DNA of 63,011 bases, counting the filler, from Octopus bimaculoides (lineage: Eukaryota): NCBI RefSeq assembly GCF_001194135.2. It is 6 parts of 6 records of this genome, joined end to end, with 100 filler letters (N's around TTAATTAATTAA, not from the genome) between each part and the next. Parts side by side here need not be neighbours in the genome. Positions count along the whole stretch, not along the records: positions 1 to 9,934 come from NC_068996.1; positions 10,035 to 28,827 come from NC_068982.1; 4 more parts are not named here. One strand, 5' to 3'. Made by a program: the position numbers and the translations under genes. Shown here piece by piece: positions 1 to 11,776 of the stretch (positions are counted from its first letter, which is position 1; each line of letters opens with the position of its first letter). The notes beneath the pieces are model-generated. The model did not search any database. It was not told the origin of the DNA and saw only the letters and a program-made list of their open reading frames with translations.

Positions 1-228
1 ATATATATGTATGTATTTGTGTGCCTGTGTTTGTCCCCACCACCACCGCTTGACAACCACTGTTGGTGTGTTTACGTCCTCGTAACTTAGCGGTTCGGCA
101 AAAGAGACCGATAGAATAAGTACTAACCTTACAAAGAATAAGTCCGGGGTTTGATTTGTTTGACTAAATGTCGTGCTCCAGCATGGCCACAGTCAAATGA
201 CTGAAAAAGTAAAAAAATAAAAGAATTA
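1..228 (+). mobile_element. tRNA/CORE-type SINE (family A), 3' half
   Basis: Matches the 3' half of the copies at 3386 and 19170 (gtaacttagcggttcggcaaaagagaccgatagaataagtact...gcatggccacagtcaaatgactgaaa) and ends in an A-rich taaaaga tail. Confidence 0.85.
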
Positions 229-247
229 TTGGGAGACTGATATTTTT

Positions 248-728
248 TTAAAAACTCTTTAGCGTTCAGATTATCTCTATTAACGGTAATGCTTATTTCT
301 TCACATGGCTTTGAATTAATCCTGCATTATCTCATAGCTTTGAGATATCAATGATGTGATTGCTTATGTTTAGAATGACATTGTAGGGTAGGTGTGAGAG
401 GCTAAGTTTGGCTGGTTTTAACATGATACAGATAGAATATTTGGGCTGGATATGCTCAATTTAACCATTTAGCATTCTGATTACTCTCTCTTTTATTCTT
501 TTACTTGTTTCAATCATTTGACTGCGGCCATGCTGGAGCACCATCTTTAGTCGAGCAAATCGACCCCAGAACTTAGTCTTTGTAAGCCTAGTACTTATTC
601 TATCAGTCTCTTTCACAAAACCACTAAGTTACAGGTACGTAAACACAACAGCATCGGTTGTCAAGTGATGTTGGGTGGGGGTGGGGGGGAAAACACAGAC
701 ACACAAACATATACACATGCATACATGC

Positions 729-774
<46 letters not shown>

Positions 775-1504
775 CGGGCTTCTTCCAATTTCCATCTACC
801 AAATCCACTCACAAGGCTTTGGTTGGCCCGAGGCTATAGTAGAAGACACTTGCCCTAGATGCCACACAGTGGGACTGAACCTGGAACCATGTAGTTGGTA
901 GGCAAGCTACTTACCACACAGCCGCTCCTGTGCTTATCAAATGTAATTATTTATTCACATCACTGTGAAATTAATCATGCATTATCTCATAGCTTTGAGA
1001 TTTCGATGATGTGATTGTTTGTAGAATGACATTGTAGGGTAAGTATGAGATGTCAGATATGGCTGGTTTAACCCTTCAGCATTTCAGGTTACTCTATCAA
1101 ATGTAAATACTTATTTATTCACTGTGTTTTGAAATAATTACACATTATCTGATAGTTTTGAGATTTCGATGATGTGATTGTTTATTTGTAGAATGACATT
1201 GTAGGGTAGGTGTGAAAGGCCTGATCTGGCTGGCTTAAACATAAAACAGGTAAAATATTTAGGCCAGGCCAGTTTAACCTTTTACCATTCACAGATTATT
1301 CCATCAACGTCATCCTTATTTATTCACAATGTTTTCGATTAATCATGTATTATCTCATAACTTTTGAGATTTTGATGATGTCACTCTTAATTTTTTGAAA
1401 GACATTGTAGGGTAGACGTGAGAGGCAGGATCTGCCAAGTTTGAATCTAAAACAAGGAGGAATACTTGGACTGGATATGGTTGGTTTGAATGCTAAAGGG
1501 TTAA
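248..1504 (+). mobile_element. Tandem array of four piggyBac-like MITE units (about 200 bp each)
   Basis: Units start at TTAA-CC(C/A/T)TT junctions (461, 1068, 1274). The array ends in AATGCTAAAGGG-TTAA (1489-1504). TTAA target plus CCC/GGG termini is the piggyBac signature. The second unit is interrupted by a SINE. Confidence 0.7.
491..933 (-). mobile_element. SINE family A, full length, inserted in a MITE unit
   Basis: Reverse complement of the 19170 copy: head gcacaggagcggctgtgtggtaagtagc, B-box ggttcagtccc, internal (TA)n, tail (taaaaga)n. Confidence 0.9.
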
Positions 1505-2746
1505 CCACCCCTTCATAGTCAGCCTATGAACTTTTTACCCTCTTCTCATATGTATGAGTTAATAAGGATGACCTCTCCCTAAAAGCTAGACATGTTAGAA
1601 ATAGCAGCCAAAATCTCTTAGAAACAAAAAAATGTAATTTGCTAGAAATAGCAGGAAAAATATCTCTCCCAAATGACTGCTGGATAACAACAATAATAAC
1701 AACAAAAATACCTTTACACTATTGCAATTTGGTGGCAATTTGTTTTATGTAGGGGAGGGGTGGCTGTGTCATGCAATATCCCCTCCTCCTCCCACAACCC
1801 CCCACCCTCACCNNNNNNNNNNNNNNNNNNNNNNNNNNNNNNNNNCCCTCACCACCACCCTCACCACTACTGCCACCGCCACCACTGCCACCACTGCCAC
1901 CGCTACCACTACTGCCACCACCACCACCACCACCGCCGCCGCCACCACCACCATCGACTCATAAGGGCTGCAGTTCTATATTTAACAGTTGAGGAATTAG
2001 GCACATTATTTACGGGCATATGGCGTAGTGGTTAACTTCATAACAAAACAAATAGATACAATATCATATGATATGATATTGTGTGTTCTTTTTTGTTGTT
2101 GGGGGAGTGCAAACTTTTCCCTGTATGATATTGCATCCATTTGTTTTATTATGAAGTTTGGTTGCAGTCTTTTGTTGCATTCGTGTTTGTATTGTGTTGC
2201 ATGTGTAATGTGAGTTGTGTTCTTCTGTTGGGTATCTGTCCTGTAGAGTACATGTTGTGGGGCTGTTTATTTTATTGGATATTTACTGTATAGAGTGTGT
2301 CTTGTGTCTGTGGATTGTTTTATTTGGGTTGTATTATTAAACTGATAGTGTCTTGTATAGGATGTGGGCTGTTCATAGCAGGGTTATTTTTTGGATATGT
2401 GTACTGTTGAGGGTCCAGTATAGCTTCTATATTTTTGTTCATACAGTTCTTTTTTTTTTTATCAAGTATTACTGGTAATATTTTCACCTTCATGCCCTAC
2501 ATCTCAAATACTTCAAATTTGAAGTGTTTGTATTTTGATAATTTCTCCATTTCTTTTTGGGCAATATTTGGGTCAGACAGGACTGCAATGTCTACCAGTA
2601 AGCAAGTGTTTTCTTTTACAATCCTTGATTATTATATCTGGAAGATTATTTCTATTATTATTATTATGATCATAATCATGATCATCGTCATCGTCGTCGT
2701 CGTTGTCATCGTCATCGTCGTCATCATCATCGTTGTCGTCATTATT

Positions 2747-2962
2747 AAGGTGGTGAGCTGGCAGAATCGTTAGCATGCTGGGCAAAATGCTTAGTAGTAT
2801 TTCACCTGTTGCTATGTTCTGAGTTCAAATTCCACCGAGGTCAACTTTGCCTTTCATCCTTTCGGGGTTGATAAAATAAGTACCAGTCGAACACTGGGGC
2901 CAATGTAATTAAATCATCCCCTCTCCCAAAATAGCTGCCCTTGTGGAGAAATTTGAAACCAT
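2747..2962 (+). mobile_element. tRNA-derived SINE (family B)
   Basis: Head aaggtggtgagctggcagaatcgttagc, B-box gagttcaaattcc, central ctttgcctttcatcctttcggggttgataaaataagtaccag, (ATT)n tail. Many related copies in the window. Confidence 0.85.
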
Positions 2963-2963
2963 T

Positions 2964-3160
2964 ATTATTACCTCCACCTTAGCGAAGGCGGAGGTAATTT
3001 TCAGTTGTGTTTGTTTGTTTCTTTGTCCATGGACAAGATATCTCAAGAACCGCTGGATGGATTTGGATGAAACTTTCAGGGATGTTTGACATCGTGACTG
3101 GCATGAACTGATTAGATTTTGGAATTGATCCAGTACCGGACAAGGATTCTGGATTATTTG
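2964..3160 (+). mobile_element. Non-autonomous Helentron-like (HINE/pearl-like) element, 5' part
   Basis: 5' hairpin acctccacctt-agcg-aaggcggaggt, then (TTTG)n, then gatttggatgaaactttcagg. Related copies at 4463 and 52515. Confidence 0.5.
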
Positions 3161-3385
3161 TTAAATTTACTTTACATGATTACAATCTTGCGTTAACTTT
3201 CAAATCTTTCTCAATCATCTCCCTTTAGGCTGTTTCCAAAGATTTTATTTTCATTTCTCTATTATTAATTTTACTTGTGTCTCTATCTTAGTAGAAACTG
3301 ATGGATAAAGAAATCAAACTACATAAACAAATGGCAGCAAAACCGTTCAGAAATTAAATAACACTAACATATTTTTATAATATAT

Positions 3386-3882
3386 ATAGGCGCAGGAGTG
3401 GCATAGGCGCAGGAGTGGCATAGGCGCAGGAGTGGCATAGGCGCAGGAGTGGCTATGTGGTAAGTAGCTTGCTTACCAACCACATGGTTCTGGGTTCAGT
3501 CCCACTGCGTGGCACCTTGGGCAAGTGTCTTCTACTATAACCTCGGGCCGACCAAAGCCTTGTGAGTGGATTTGTTAGACGGAAACTGAAAGAAGCCCGT
3601 CGTATATATGTATATATATATATATCTATATATATGTATGTATGTATGTGTGTGCGTTTGTGTGCCTGTGTTTGTCCCCCCCAACATCGCTTGACAACCG
3701 ATGCTGGTGTGTTTACGTCCTCGTAACTTAGCGGTTCAGCAAAAAGTGACCGATAGAATAAGTACTAGGCTTACAAAGAATAAGTCCTGGGGTCGATTTG
3801 CTCGACTAAAGGCGGTGCTCCAGCATGGCCGCAGTCAAATGACTGAAACAAGTAAAAGAGTAAAAGAGTAAGAGTAAAGAGT
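3386..3882 (+). mobile_element. SINE family A, full length, with a quadruplicated 17-bp leader
   Basis: Four copies of ataggcgcaggagtggc (3386-3453), tRNA head, CORE-like ccttgggcaagtg, internal microsatellite, taaaagag tail. Confidence 0.9.
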
Positions 3883-3889
3883 ATACATA

Positions 3890-4311
3890 CCGTAAATCCT
3901 TGAGTATAGTCTGCCCTTGAGTATAATACGCAGGGTATTTTTAGGGGGCTGTACCTCTGAAAAACCTAAACCTTGTGTATAATACGCACCCCTTCTCTAA
4001 CTTGAGTCAAGGAGGTCTATATAATGTCCTTGGTTTGTAAACGTATATACGGTAACGTCCTTTATTATTATTGTATATATAACATAATGCAAACGTGTAG
4101 CTTTTCTGTGCACTTTGTTTGCAGAAAATAAATAAATAACAGTAATAACGTCAGTGAAAACTAAATAAGTAAATTGCCTTTACATATTTATCACTTAGGA
4201 AATTTTGCTTAGAAAATATTTTTCATTTTTAACCTCGTATATAGCACGCACTAGAAACTTTGACCTTTAAATTTTGGGAAAAAAGTGCAGATTATACTCG
4301 AGGATTTATGG
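3890..4311. mobile_element. Tc1/mariner (pogo-like) MITE
   Basis: TIRs CCGTAAATCCTTGAGTATAGTCTGC and GCAGATTATACTCGAGGATTTATGG, flanked by TA on both sides (3888-3889, 4312-4313). Confidence 0.85.
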
Positions 4312-4462
4312 TACATATTAACACTTTACAGTATACTTACATATATACATACATCTATACATCGATCTAAAACAACAGGAATACTAAAGGAAGGCCGGAA
4401 TTTAAGAGAAGAGAAAAGCAAAAGGTCTCATGCTATTCATTTAAAGATTCCTGGTTAGAACT

Positions 4463-4788
4463 TATTATTATTACCTCTGCCTTTGAAACTATTTTGAATG
4501 GTGAATTTGTTAACTTTGGCTTGTATTAGATAAGGATAAACTATTCATTACTGTTACTAAATTTTCTGCAGCCACCTTCACATTCCATAACCACCAATGG
4601 GATCAGCCAGGTACTGGACAAAGATTCAGGGTTATTTTTCCTGTTTCTTTACTTAATTTTTGAGAGCAGTTGGGTTCATTTTTAGCATTCTTGCTTGTGA
4701 GATTCTCATTTTAACAATCATCTCTGACTAATCATTGAGAGGACGCTGGTGTTGCCTTGGCGGAGGTTTGTGTGCTCTGAGTGCTTTC
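4463..4788 (+). mobile_element. Helentron-like non-autonomous element with both ends
   Basis: 5' ttattacctctgcctt; 3' subterminal ggcggaggt inverted to the 5' motif, followed by a small stem-loop gtgctctgagtgc and ttt. Confidence 0.5.
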
Positions 4789-4802
4789 CTCCTCCTCCTC
4801 CT

Positions 4803-5040
4803 TAAGGTGGTGAGCTGGCAGAATTGTTGGCATGCCAAGCAAAATGCTTAGCGGTATTTCACCCATTGCTATGTTCTGAGTTCAAATTCCACCAAGGTTG
4901 ACTTTGCCTTTCATCTTTTCGGGATTGATAAATTAAGTACCAGTGAAACACTGAGGTTGATGTAATCAACTAGTTCCCTCCTCTCAAATTTCAGGCCTTG
5001 TGCTTTCATTAAAAAGGGTTATTATTATTATTATTATTAT
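4803..5040 (+). mobile_element. SINE family B
   Basis: Same head, central domain and (ATT)n tail as the 2747 copy. Confidence 0.85.
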
Positions 5041-5049
5041 TATTATAAC

Positions 5050-5280
5050 CTTTCCTTTTTCGAAGCGCCTCCCCCTTTGGGAGTTCTACTTATTTATTTA
5101 TCTATTTATTTATCTATTTATTTATTATATCTTTCTCCGTTTTCTTCCTCTGTTTAGACAAACTTTCCTACCTTTTCGGACAAAACCTTTTGTAACCTTC
5201 GTCCTGTCTTTGTCCTTATATGTCTTTAATTGATATTAGCCCTTGTGGCCAATAAAACGAATTAATTATTATTATTATTA
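5050..5280 (+). mobile_element. 3' UTR remnant of a Tx1/L1-like LINE
   Basis: Resembles the 3' end at 56170-56262 (tgtaacc...gtcctgt...tgtggccaataaa) and is followed by (ATT)n. Confidence 0.45.
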
Positions 5281-5689
5281 AAATGAAGCAGGCTATATAT
5301 TTTCCGTTTGGACTACTTCCTAATGTATTCTACTTCTTATTAGAAAATTTTTGTGCTAGATTTTGTGGAATTAATGTGGCTGGGTTCTATGTTGAAGCCT
5401 TTTTTTCCTGAAGAAAATATTCTTCCCTCAAAGTCACTGAAAAAATGATCATCTCAGTGATAACTGTAACACACTTCAGAACTTCAGACATGCAAGTTCA
5501 TGTTACACTCTTTGAGTGGCACCTGCTGTCACAGCAGGTGCCACTCCCATTTTATGGTTGAGTTGTGACAAAGAGCATTCAGCTGTAAAAACAATTATAC
5601 CTCCCCCCACACACACATACACATACACACACATACAGATATACTACACATCAAAATATCTCACCTATATTAACACAAGCCAAACAGAG

Positions 5690-5873
5690 GAGCCTCACAA
5701 CAGTTGTTCAATTTACTAGAAATAGCAACCAAACCATTCTCAAAATTCCACCCTACTAATAAAAGAGGCAGATAACTATTGGATTCCCTGTGTATAAGGA
5801 AACTATAAAATGGTTGCAGGAAGGTCTTTGATCATAAGTCTGCTGAATTAGGGATGACCTGGAGCTAAACTAC

Positions 5874-5905
<32 letters not shown>

Positions 5906-5910
5906 CACTA
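5690..5910 (+). mobile_element. Dispersed SINE-like repeat (family E), 3' part
   Basis: tagaaatagcaaccaaa...ctttgatcataagtctgc...gatgacctggagctaaac followed by an (AGC)n tail. Related pieces near 1590, 13960 and 23860. Confidence 0.5.
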
Positions 5911-6259
5911 ACAGTAATGTACTTTAACATCAAAATTAGAAATGAAATACAGCAGTGAAAAAGTATAAAAGGAATAAAGAATTAAATTACATTTATTGAT
6001 TCACTCTTTTGATACCAATCTATCAGAGACTGCCTCTTGGCTTCTTGATACAAACTTCCTAAATTAAGGGTAGTCTAAATTATAAAATACCTTACATCAA
6101 AGTTTTATGTTAATTTATGCTTTAAATATCAGCTTAATAAAGATAGTAATTCTAATAAATTCCTTACTATTTTCAAAACCAATTAAAATTATGAACGTGG
6201 TAATGAAATGGTTAATAACTTTCACAAGACCAAAGATTTGGTGGGAAGAATATTGTCAT

Positions 6260-6484
6260 TTAACCATTTAACATTTAATCCAGCCATATCCGGTCCAAAT
6301 ATTTTACCTGTTCTATGTTCACACCAGCCAGATCTGACTCTCACACCTAGCCTACAATGTCATTCTAAAACTAAATCACATCATTGAAATCTCAAAGCTA
6401 CTAGATAATACTTGATTAATTCCGTAATGATGTGGATAAAAAAGTATTATATTTGACAGAGTATTCCGAATGCTAAAAGATTAA
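6260..6484 (-). mobile_element. piggyBac-like MITE
   Basis: TTAA on both sides, degenerate TIRs, body is the reverse complement of the 248-1504 units. Confidence 0.75.
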
Positions 6485-6538
6485 TGCAGAAATAATAATC
6501 TCATGGTTCATTTCAAGGCTGCACATCTAATGTACTCT

Positions 6539-6767
6539 TTAACCTTTTAGCACTTAGACCAGTCATATCTGGGTCAAATATTCTACTTGTTTCGTGTTAA
6601 AATTGGCTGGATCTGGCCTCTCACACTTAGCCTAAAATGTTGATCTATAAATAAACAATCACCTCAATGAAATCTCATAGCTATGAGATAATGCAGGATT
6701 AATTCAAAACAATGTAAATAAAATAAACATTACATTAGAGCGAGTAATCTGAATGTTGAAGGGTTAA
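6539..6767 (-). mobile_element. piggyBac-like MITE
   Basis: TTAA-CCTTTTAGCA ... TGTTGAAGGG-TTAA, same body as the other copies. Confidence 0.8.
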
Positions 6768-7807
6768 ACTGACCCTTTATACATGACTGATACTCTATTT
6801 GTACATTATAGAGTACTATATTTGTACATCTATAGAGTGTAGCCAGCACATATGTTCTATACAACTTTAAATATCTTCATGGACAACAAAAGAAGGAATC
6901 ACTTGAACTAGTTTCAATCCTGTGTTGGAATATCATCAAAGTTTCATATCTGGTGAATTAGCCAAGTTGGGAGAGTGTAACAATGTTTGATTCATTTTCG
7001 CATTCTGAGTTCAAATCCTGTTGAAGTTGATTTTATCTTTTTTGGTACCCTGTGTTCCAATCCTACTAATATCAACTTTACCTTTTTCATCCTTCTGGGG
7101 GTCAATAGAAAAGAGGTACCTAACTAGGGCTGTGGATTTGAGGAAATTTGAGAATGTTGGACCAGATACCTATTGATATTTGTTCTTGCTTTTTGCATTC
7201 TGAGTTCAAATCCTGCCATGGCCTACATGGATGGTAGATTTAATCTGTTGCCTGGTTTAACATTGACACCTGGCACCCCTCGAGTGTCTTTAGTAGAATC
7301 CTTTCCTTTACAAGCATTCAGACCAAGTCGTTCGCTCAAGGACAACTCACTCCCTTCCCTTGCCTGTCAGATAAAAGTGCTTCTGTTAACCTGTTGGGTC
7401 ATCAGCAATTAAGCCGCCATCCCTCTAGGCTTGCCTGGTGAGGTGGGTTGCTAGAAACCCAGCAGAACTAAAAACAAGGTCTGTCAAATGGACATATGAA
7501 CCTTGTGTAGGTTCAACGACTATCTAGAAATAGTATAAGCTTCAGAAATTCTGGGTTGGTGTCTGGTGTGCTGGAAGACTACTGGGAGAGAGGCATCCCT
7601 TAGCTCTTGTTAAAGCATGTCTCTAGAACCCACTTCAGACCCAGGCTGTGTCTGCTTTGATAATTAACTGTGACTTGGTCAGTGAATCCTCTGCAATAGT
7701 CGACAATCAGTAGCAAAATAAGGTGCTATGCATCACACTATCCCACAGTGTGTGTGTGTGTGTGTCTGGGGTCCACATGTAAACTTGTATTTCCACTGAA
7801 ACTCCAG

Positions 7808-7864
7808 ATATGAGGAGTTGGAGGTGGCTCAACCCCCACTGGGCAAATGCTGCCACAAGCACAA
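7808..7864 (+). other. Candidate small exon, product unknown
   Basis: Acceptor ctccag, strong donor CAA|GTAAGT, 57 nt, two frames open. No homology recognised. Confidence 0.25.
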
Positions 7865-8444
7865 GTAAGTAACTCCCACCCTCCATTCCTCTGTCCCCTC
7901 CAGTCTCAGATGTCCTATAAAAGGTAATGGGTATTGCTTTTGTTCCTGTTCCAAACCTTCAACTCTTGATTTAGGTAAGGGACCCTTTTTACATTCTGTA
8001 TGTTCTTGAAAGTACAATGTAGCCAGTTATATTGTCAGAAAGTGATGTTAATATTTCCACCAGTATGCTCAGAATAGCAAGTGTGCTACAGCATACATTT
8101 ATAAATTTTGACAACACCATATATTATAAACACCTATCCTTTAAATATCTCCAAGAACAGCAAAAGAGGAATCAGATGCCCAGGATTAGAAGTGAAGTAA
8201 CCTTCATATATTTTCACATACACACACATATGTACATATATGCATATATATATGTGTGTGTGTGAGTGTGTGCATGCATGTGTGTATGTATGGAGATGAA
8301 CACAATTCCTCCATTTGATTGACTTAAAAAATTGCAAAGATGTTAAGATATTCTTCTTAACATGAAACCAATGGTAGACTAATTACACAAAGAAATTTTA
8401 TTCGCTAATGCGGTGTTGAGCACTTATTTTCATTGTTCGACATT

Positions 8445-8508
<64 letters not shown>

Positions 8509-8694
8509 CATGAAAGATGTATGTATGACAATGATGATATATCATTTAACATGTGTAATCCATGCTAGCATGTGTTGGACAGTCAAACAGGATCAGACTA
8601 ACCTGGAGGCTGTATTGGTTTGCAATGTCTGCATTGGTCATCAATGTCTGCTTTGGCAAGGTTTCTATGGCTGGATGTCCTTTCTAACACAATA

Positions 8695-9160
8695 TAAATA
8701 TATACTTTTATATATAAGAAGAAAGAAGAAATGGAGATTGGGAAGTTAAAAATTGTTTATCATTAACAGTAAATTAATCATCTTCACTTATAACTGTTTC
8801 AATTAATACTCTGTAAATATTAAGTAAATATAAAATTTATATTTATATGATCTGAGCATAATATCTTGAGAGGGGAAAAATACACCATTCAATGTTTTAT
8901 ATGTGTTTCTAGATTCATTGTAGTAGTCTGCTATTATGAATCCATAAACACATATAAAACATGCATAAGTATATTTTTTCTCCCTCTGAAGATATTATGC
9001 TCAGATCATATAAATTTAATACTTAATTGATATTTACTGAGTATTAATTGAAACAGCTGTAAGGAATGATGATTAGTTTGCTGCTAATGATAAATAATTA
9101 TTAACTTCCCAATCTCCATTTTCTTTTTCTTCTTTTATATGAATATAAACTATATGCTTA
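8695..9160. repeat. Foldback element: about 220-bp imperfect inverted arms, 17-nt loop
   Basis: aagaaatggagattgggaagttaa pairs with ttaacttcccaatctccatttt; gatctgagcataatatctt pairs with aagatattatgctcagatc; innermost gattcat/atgaatc. Confidence 0.9.
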
Positions 9161-9177
9161 TATATATATATATATAC

Positions 9178-9933
9178 CTATTTTAAGGAAATTAATTTCC
9201 TCAAAATAGTAGGTATTGAGCTGAACACTATATTTGGAACTATGAAGGTATTTAAGCATTCTAACAGAATGCAGGTAAATACCTTTACAACTACAGACAA
9301 AAGCAAAATCCCACGAAAATTACTACACAGATCCTTTGGCCCCAATTTATACATGGAGACTAAAATGGCATCAATCCAGTCTTGAGGCACTTCCTCACTT
9401 CTCCAAAAGTGACAAATTAATATATTTATGAGTTCAAACACTTTGCCACCTCCATATTTCAAGATCTCTGCACAGATTCCATCAGACTCTGGAGAAATAT
9501 TGTTATTCAGCTTATTCACAGCTAAATAAATGTCATTCAGAGTTGGTTCAAATGCCATCTCCTCAATAAATGAAAGGTGTTTGATGTTTTTCTATCATCC
9601 TCATGTCAACAGATGATGGTCTATTCAAAAGTGCAGAAAAATGCCCTATCCAGCACTTATGAATAGAAGTGGTGTCACTCAAAAGCAAATGTCCGTTTGC
9701 TGTTCTCACTGGAGCTATTGAAGAAGATTTGAGACTATGTACCGCCTTCACATAAGAGTACAGACCATTGGCATCATTTCTTACTGCTGCTTCTTGCACC
9801 CCTTTTGCTCTGTTATTTCACCATTCCTGTTTAATTTTCCTTAGAGCAGTCTGCACTTTCCTATTTAGCTTTGTGTAAGCTTTGTTTGAGCTGGGGTTCA
9901 AGGACTGAGGAAGAAGTGTATTGCCTAAGGTTT
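9178..9933 (-). mobile_element. RTE-clade (BovB-like) LINE ORF2 remnant, pre-RT and RT N-terminus
   Basis: Translations include SPESDGICAEILKYGG, W..EEVPQDWIDAILVSMYK, NFRGILLLSVVVKVF and KCWIGHFSALLNRPS, with stops and frameshifts. Confidence 0.9.
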
Positions 9934-10034
9934 TNNNNNNNNNNNNNNNNNNNNNNNNNNNNNNNNNNNNNNNNNNNNTTAATTAATTAANNNNNNNNNN
10001 NNNNNNNNNNNNNNNNNNNNNNNNNNNNNNNNNN

Positions 10035-10282
10035 TCAGGGGTACTCTCTTGTGGGGGTGTCTTTACCACTAAGTTGATATCATCGACATATCGAGAGTAC
10101 ACATTCACGAGTATGGAGTTCTGTGTCAGGCGTTCCTTAAGCCTTCTGTCCCACCATACCATGAAAAGATTGGCCACATCACCGGCGATACTAACCCCGA
10201 TGGCTGCCCCCTCGTCCTGGGCGTATAATTTGTTGTTAAATTTAAAGGTGTGGCCTTTTAGGGTGACCTTTATACTAGCTCC

Positions 10283-10288
<6 letters not shown>
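10035..10288 (-). mobile_element. Penelope-like element reverse transcriptase fragment
   Basis: FKFNNKLYAQDEGAAIGVSIAGDVANLFM...YSRYVDDINLV matches the PLE RT pattern F.F....Y.Q..G..MG.....vAN.FM...RYVDD. Frame is open; bounded by (TA)n and a gap. Confidence 0.85.
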
Positions 10289-10321
<33 letters not shown>

Positions 10322-10553
10322 TATATAAATCTTTAGTTAAATATATTCAATGAGAATATTATATACTGAATTTATATTGAATGCTCTATTGTAACAAAGT
10401 ATTAATACTATTAAAGTATTTATGCATTTAACACGAGCGATTGTATATATATTTTATAATATATTATTATTAATTTCCTGATATTAATAATAATATATTA
10501 TAAAATATATATATACATACACACACACACACACACACATATATACATACATG

Positions 10554-10585
<32 letters not shown>

Positions 10586-11668
10586 CACAAGTACACACAC
10601 ACATACATATAATCGCTGCATATCCTAGGAAATTGATAAACGATGTTTCATATCTGAATTTATACAAACAGTCGAGAACAACACTATACCAACTGCTTCA
10701 CTAAGACTATTTTATATTATATGTAATGCCAACTAACGATGTTCTTGGGTTAAACACGTAGCCAAATTTCGAAGCCACTCTCAACTATTTCTTTGTAAAA
10801 TCAATACACATGCCCTCCACAAAATAACATTCAGTAATCCTTCAGTTTAATTTTTAATGGCATGAATGTATATTCATACAAATACGCAAGCATGCATACA
10901 CACACAATCACACGCGCACACAAACACACACACACACACACATTGGCGCGCGCGTATACACATGCGCACACACATATACTCTATTGCGTGATCGTAGAAT
11001 GTCACCATTGTAAAAATTCATTGTGCTAGGATTTACTAATTTCACACCCCCAAATAACCATTTTTCTTCAGACACTGTTGTTCGGATATTCTTGTTTACA
11101 TATACTATTGTATATGATATATTTCCTTCTCCTTACAAAGAACTAATCTTCAATTTCTATTTCCTTTCTCACTTTTATTGCTTGCCAATTTTTCTGTTTA
11201 CGTCGTATTCTTTATCTCCCACTAAGAAAATGCAATTCTCTCTTAGTACAACACGTTTCCTTTGGTTTATTTAACCCAAGAATTCTTCTTTTGATAGTCA
11301 GATGGCTAAGCCGAGGAAAGTAGTTAGGGTAAAGGGCGGTCTGACAAATATTTAGATCGATATTATTCTAGAGTTTTGTATGTACGAAGATTTCTTATAT
11401 AAACACAGCTACTTATAAAGGAGTGAAACATTGTGTTTACGTCTATCACAAACGGATTAATATGACATTTGAACTAATATAATTTTCGCAGAGAAGAGAT
11501 ATCAGGTCGCGATCTCTATTAAAACGGAGTTTACTTCCATTTGGTAGTACATAGCTTTTAGCCAGTCTGTATTTCCATTTTACTTTGAAGAACATGTTTT
11601 CTCTATGTAAAAATATAGAATGGACATCAACTGTCTCCTCATAATCATATAAAGCTTCACGTCAAGAA

Positions 11669-11712
<44 letters not shown>

Positions 11713-11737
11713 TTATATGTATGTATATATATATATG

Positions 11738-11776
<39 letters not shown>

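Noticed and set aside
2030-2430. TG-skewed blocks (also 27240-27480 and 50040-50300) as PLE ORF remnants
   Set aside because: The strand bias is suggestive, but no GIY-YIG or RT motif could be read.
7390-7480. Possible HDV-like or hammerhead fold in a GC-richer repeat (gccatccctctaggcttgcctggtgagg...gaaaccc)
   Set aside because: No convincing P2 partner for an HDV fold, and CTGGTGA plus missing stems I and III for a hammerhead. Probably a LINE 5' UTR piece.
9979-9990. TTAATTAATTAA flanked by Ns, repeated at 28872, 37132, 40797 and 60967
   Set aside because: Identical spacer embedded in N runs with stops in all six frames; an assembly linker, not biology.
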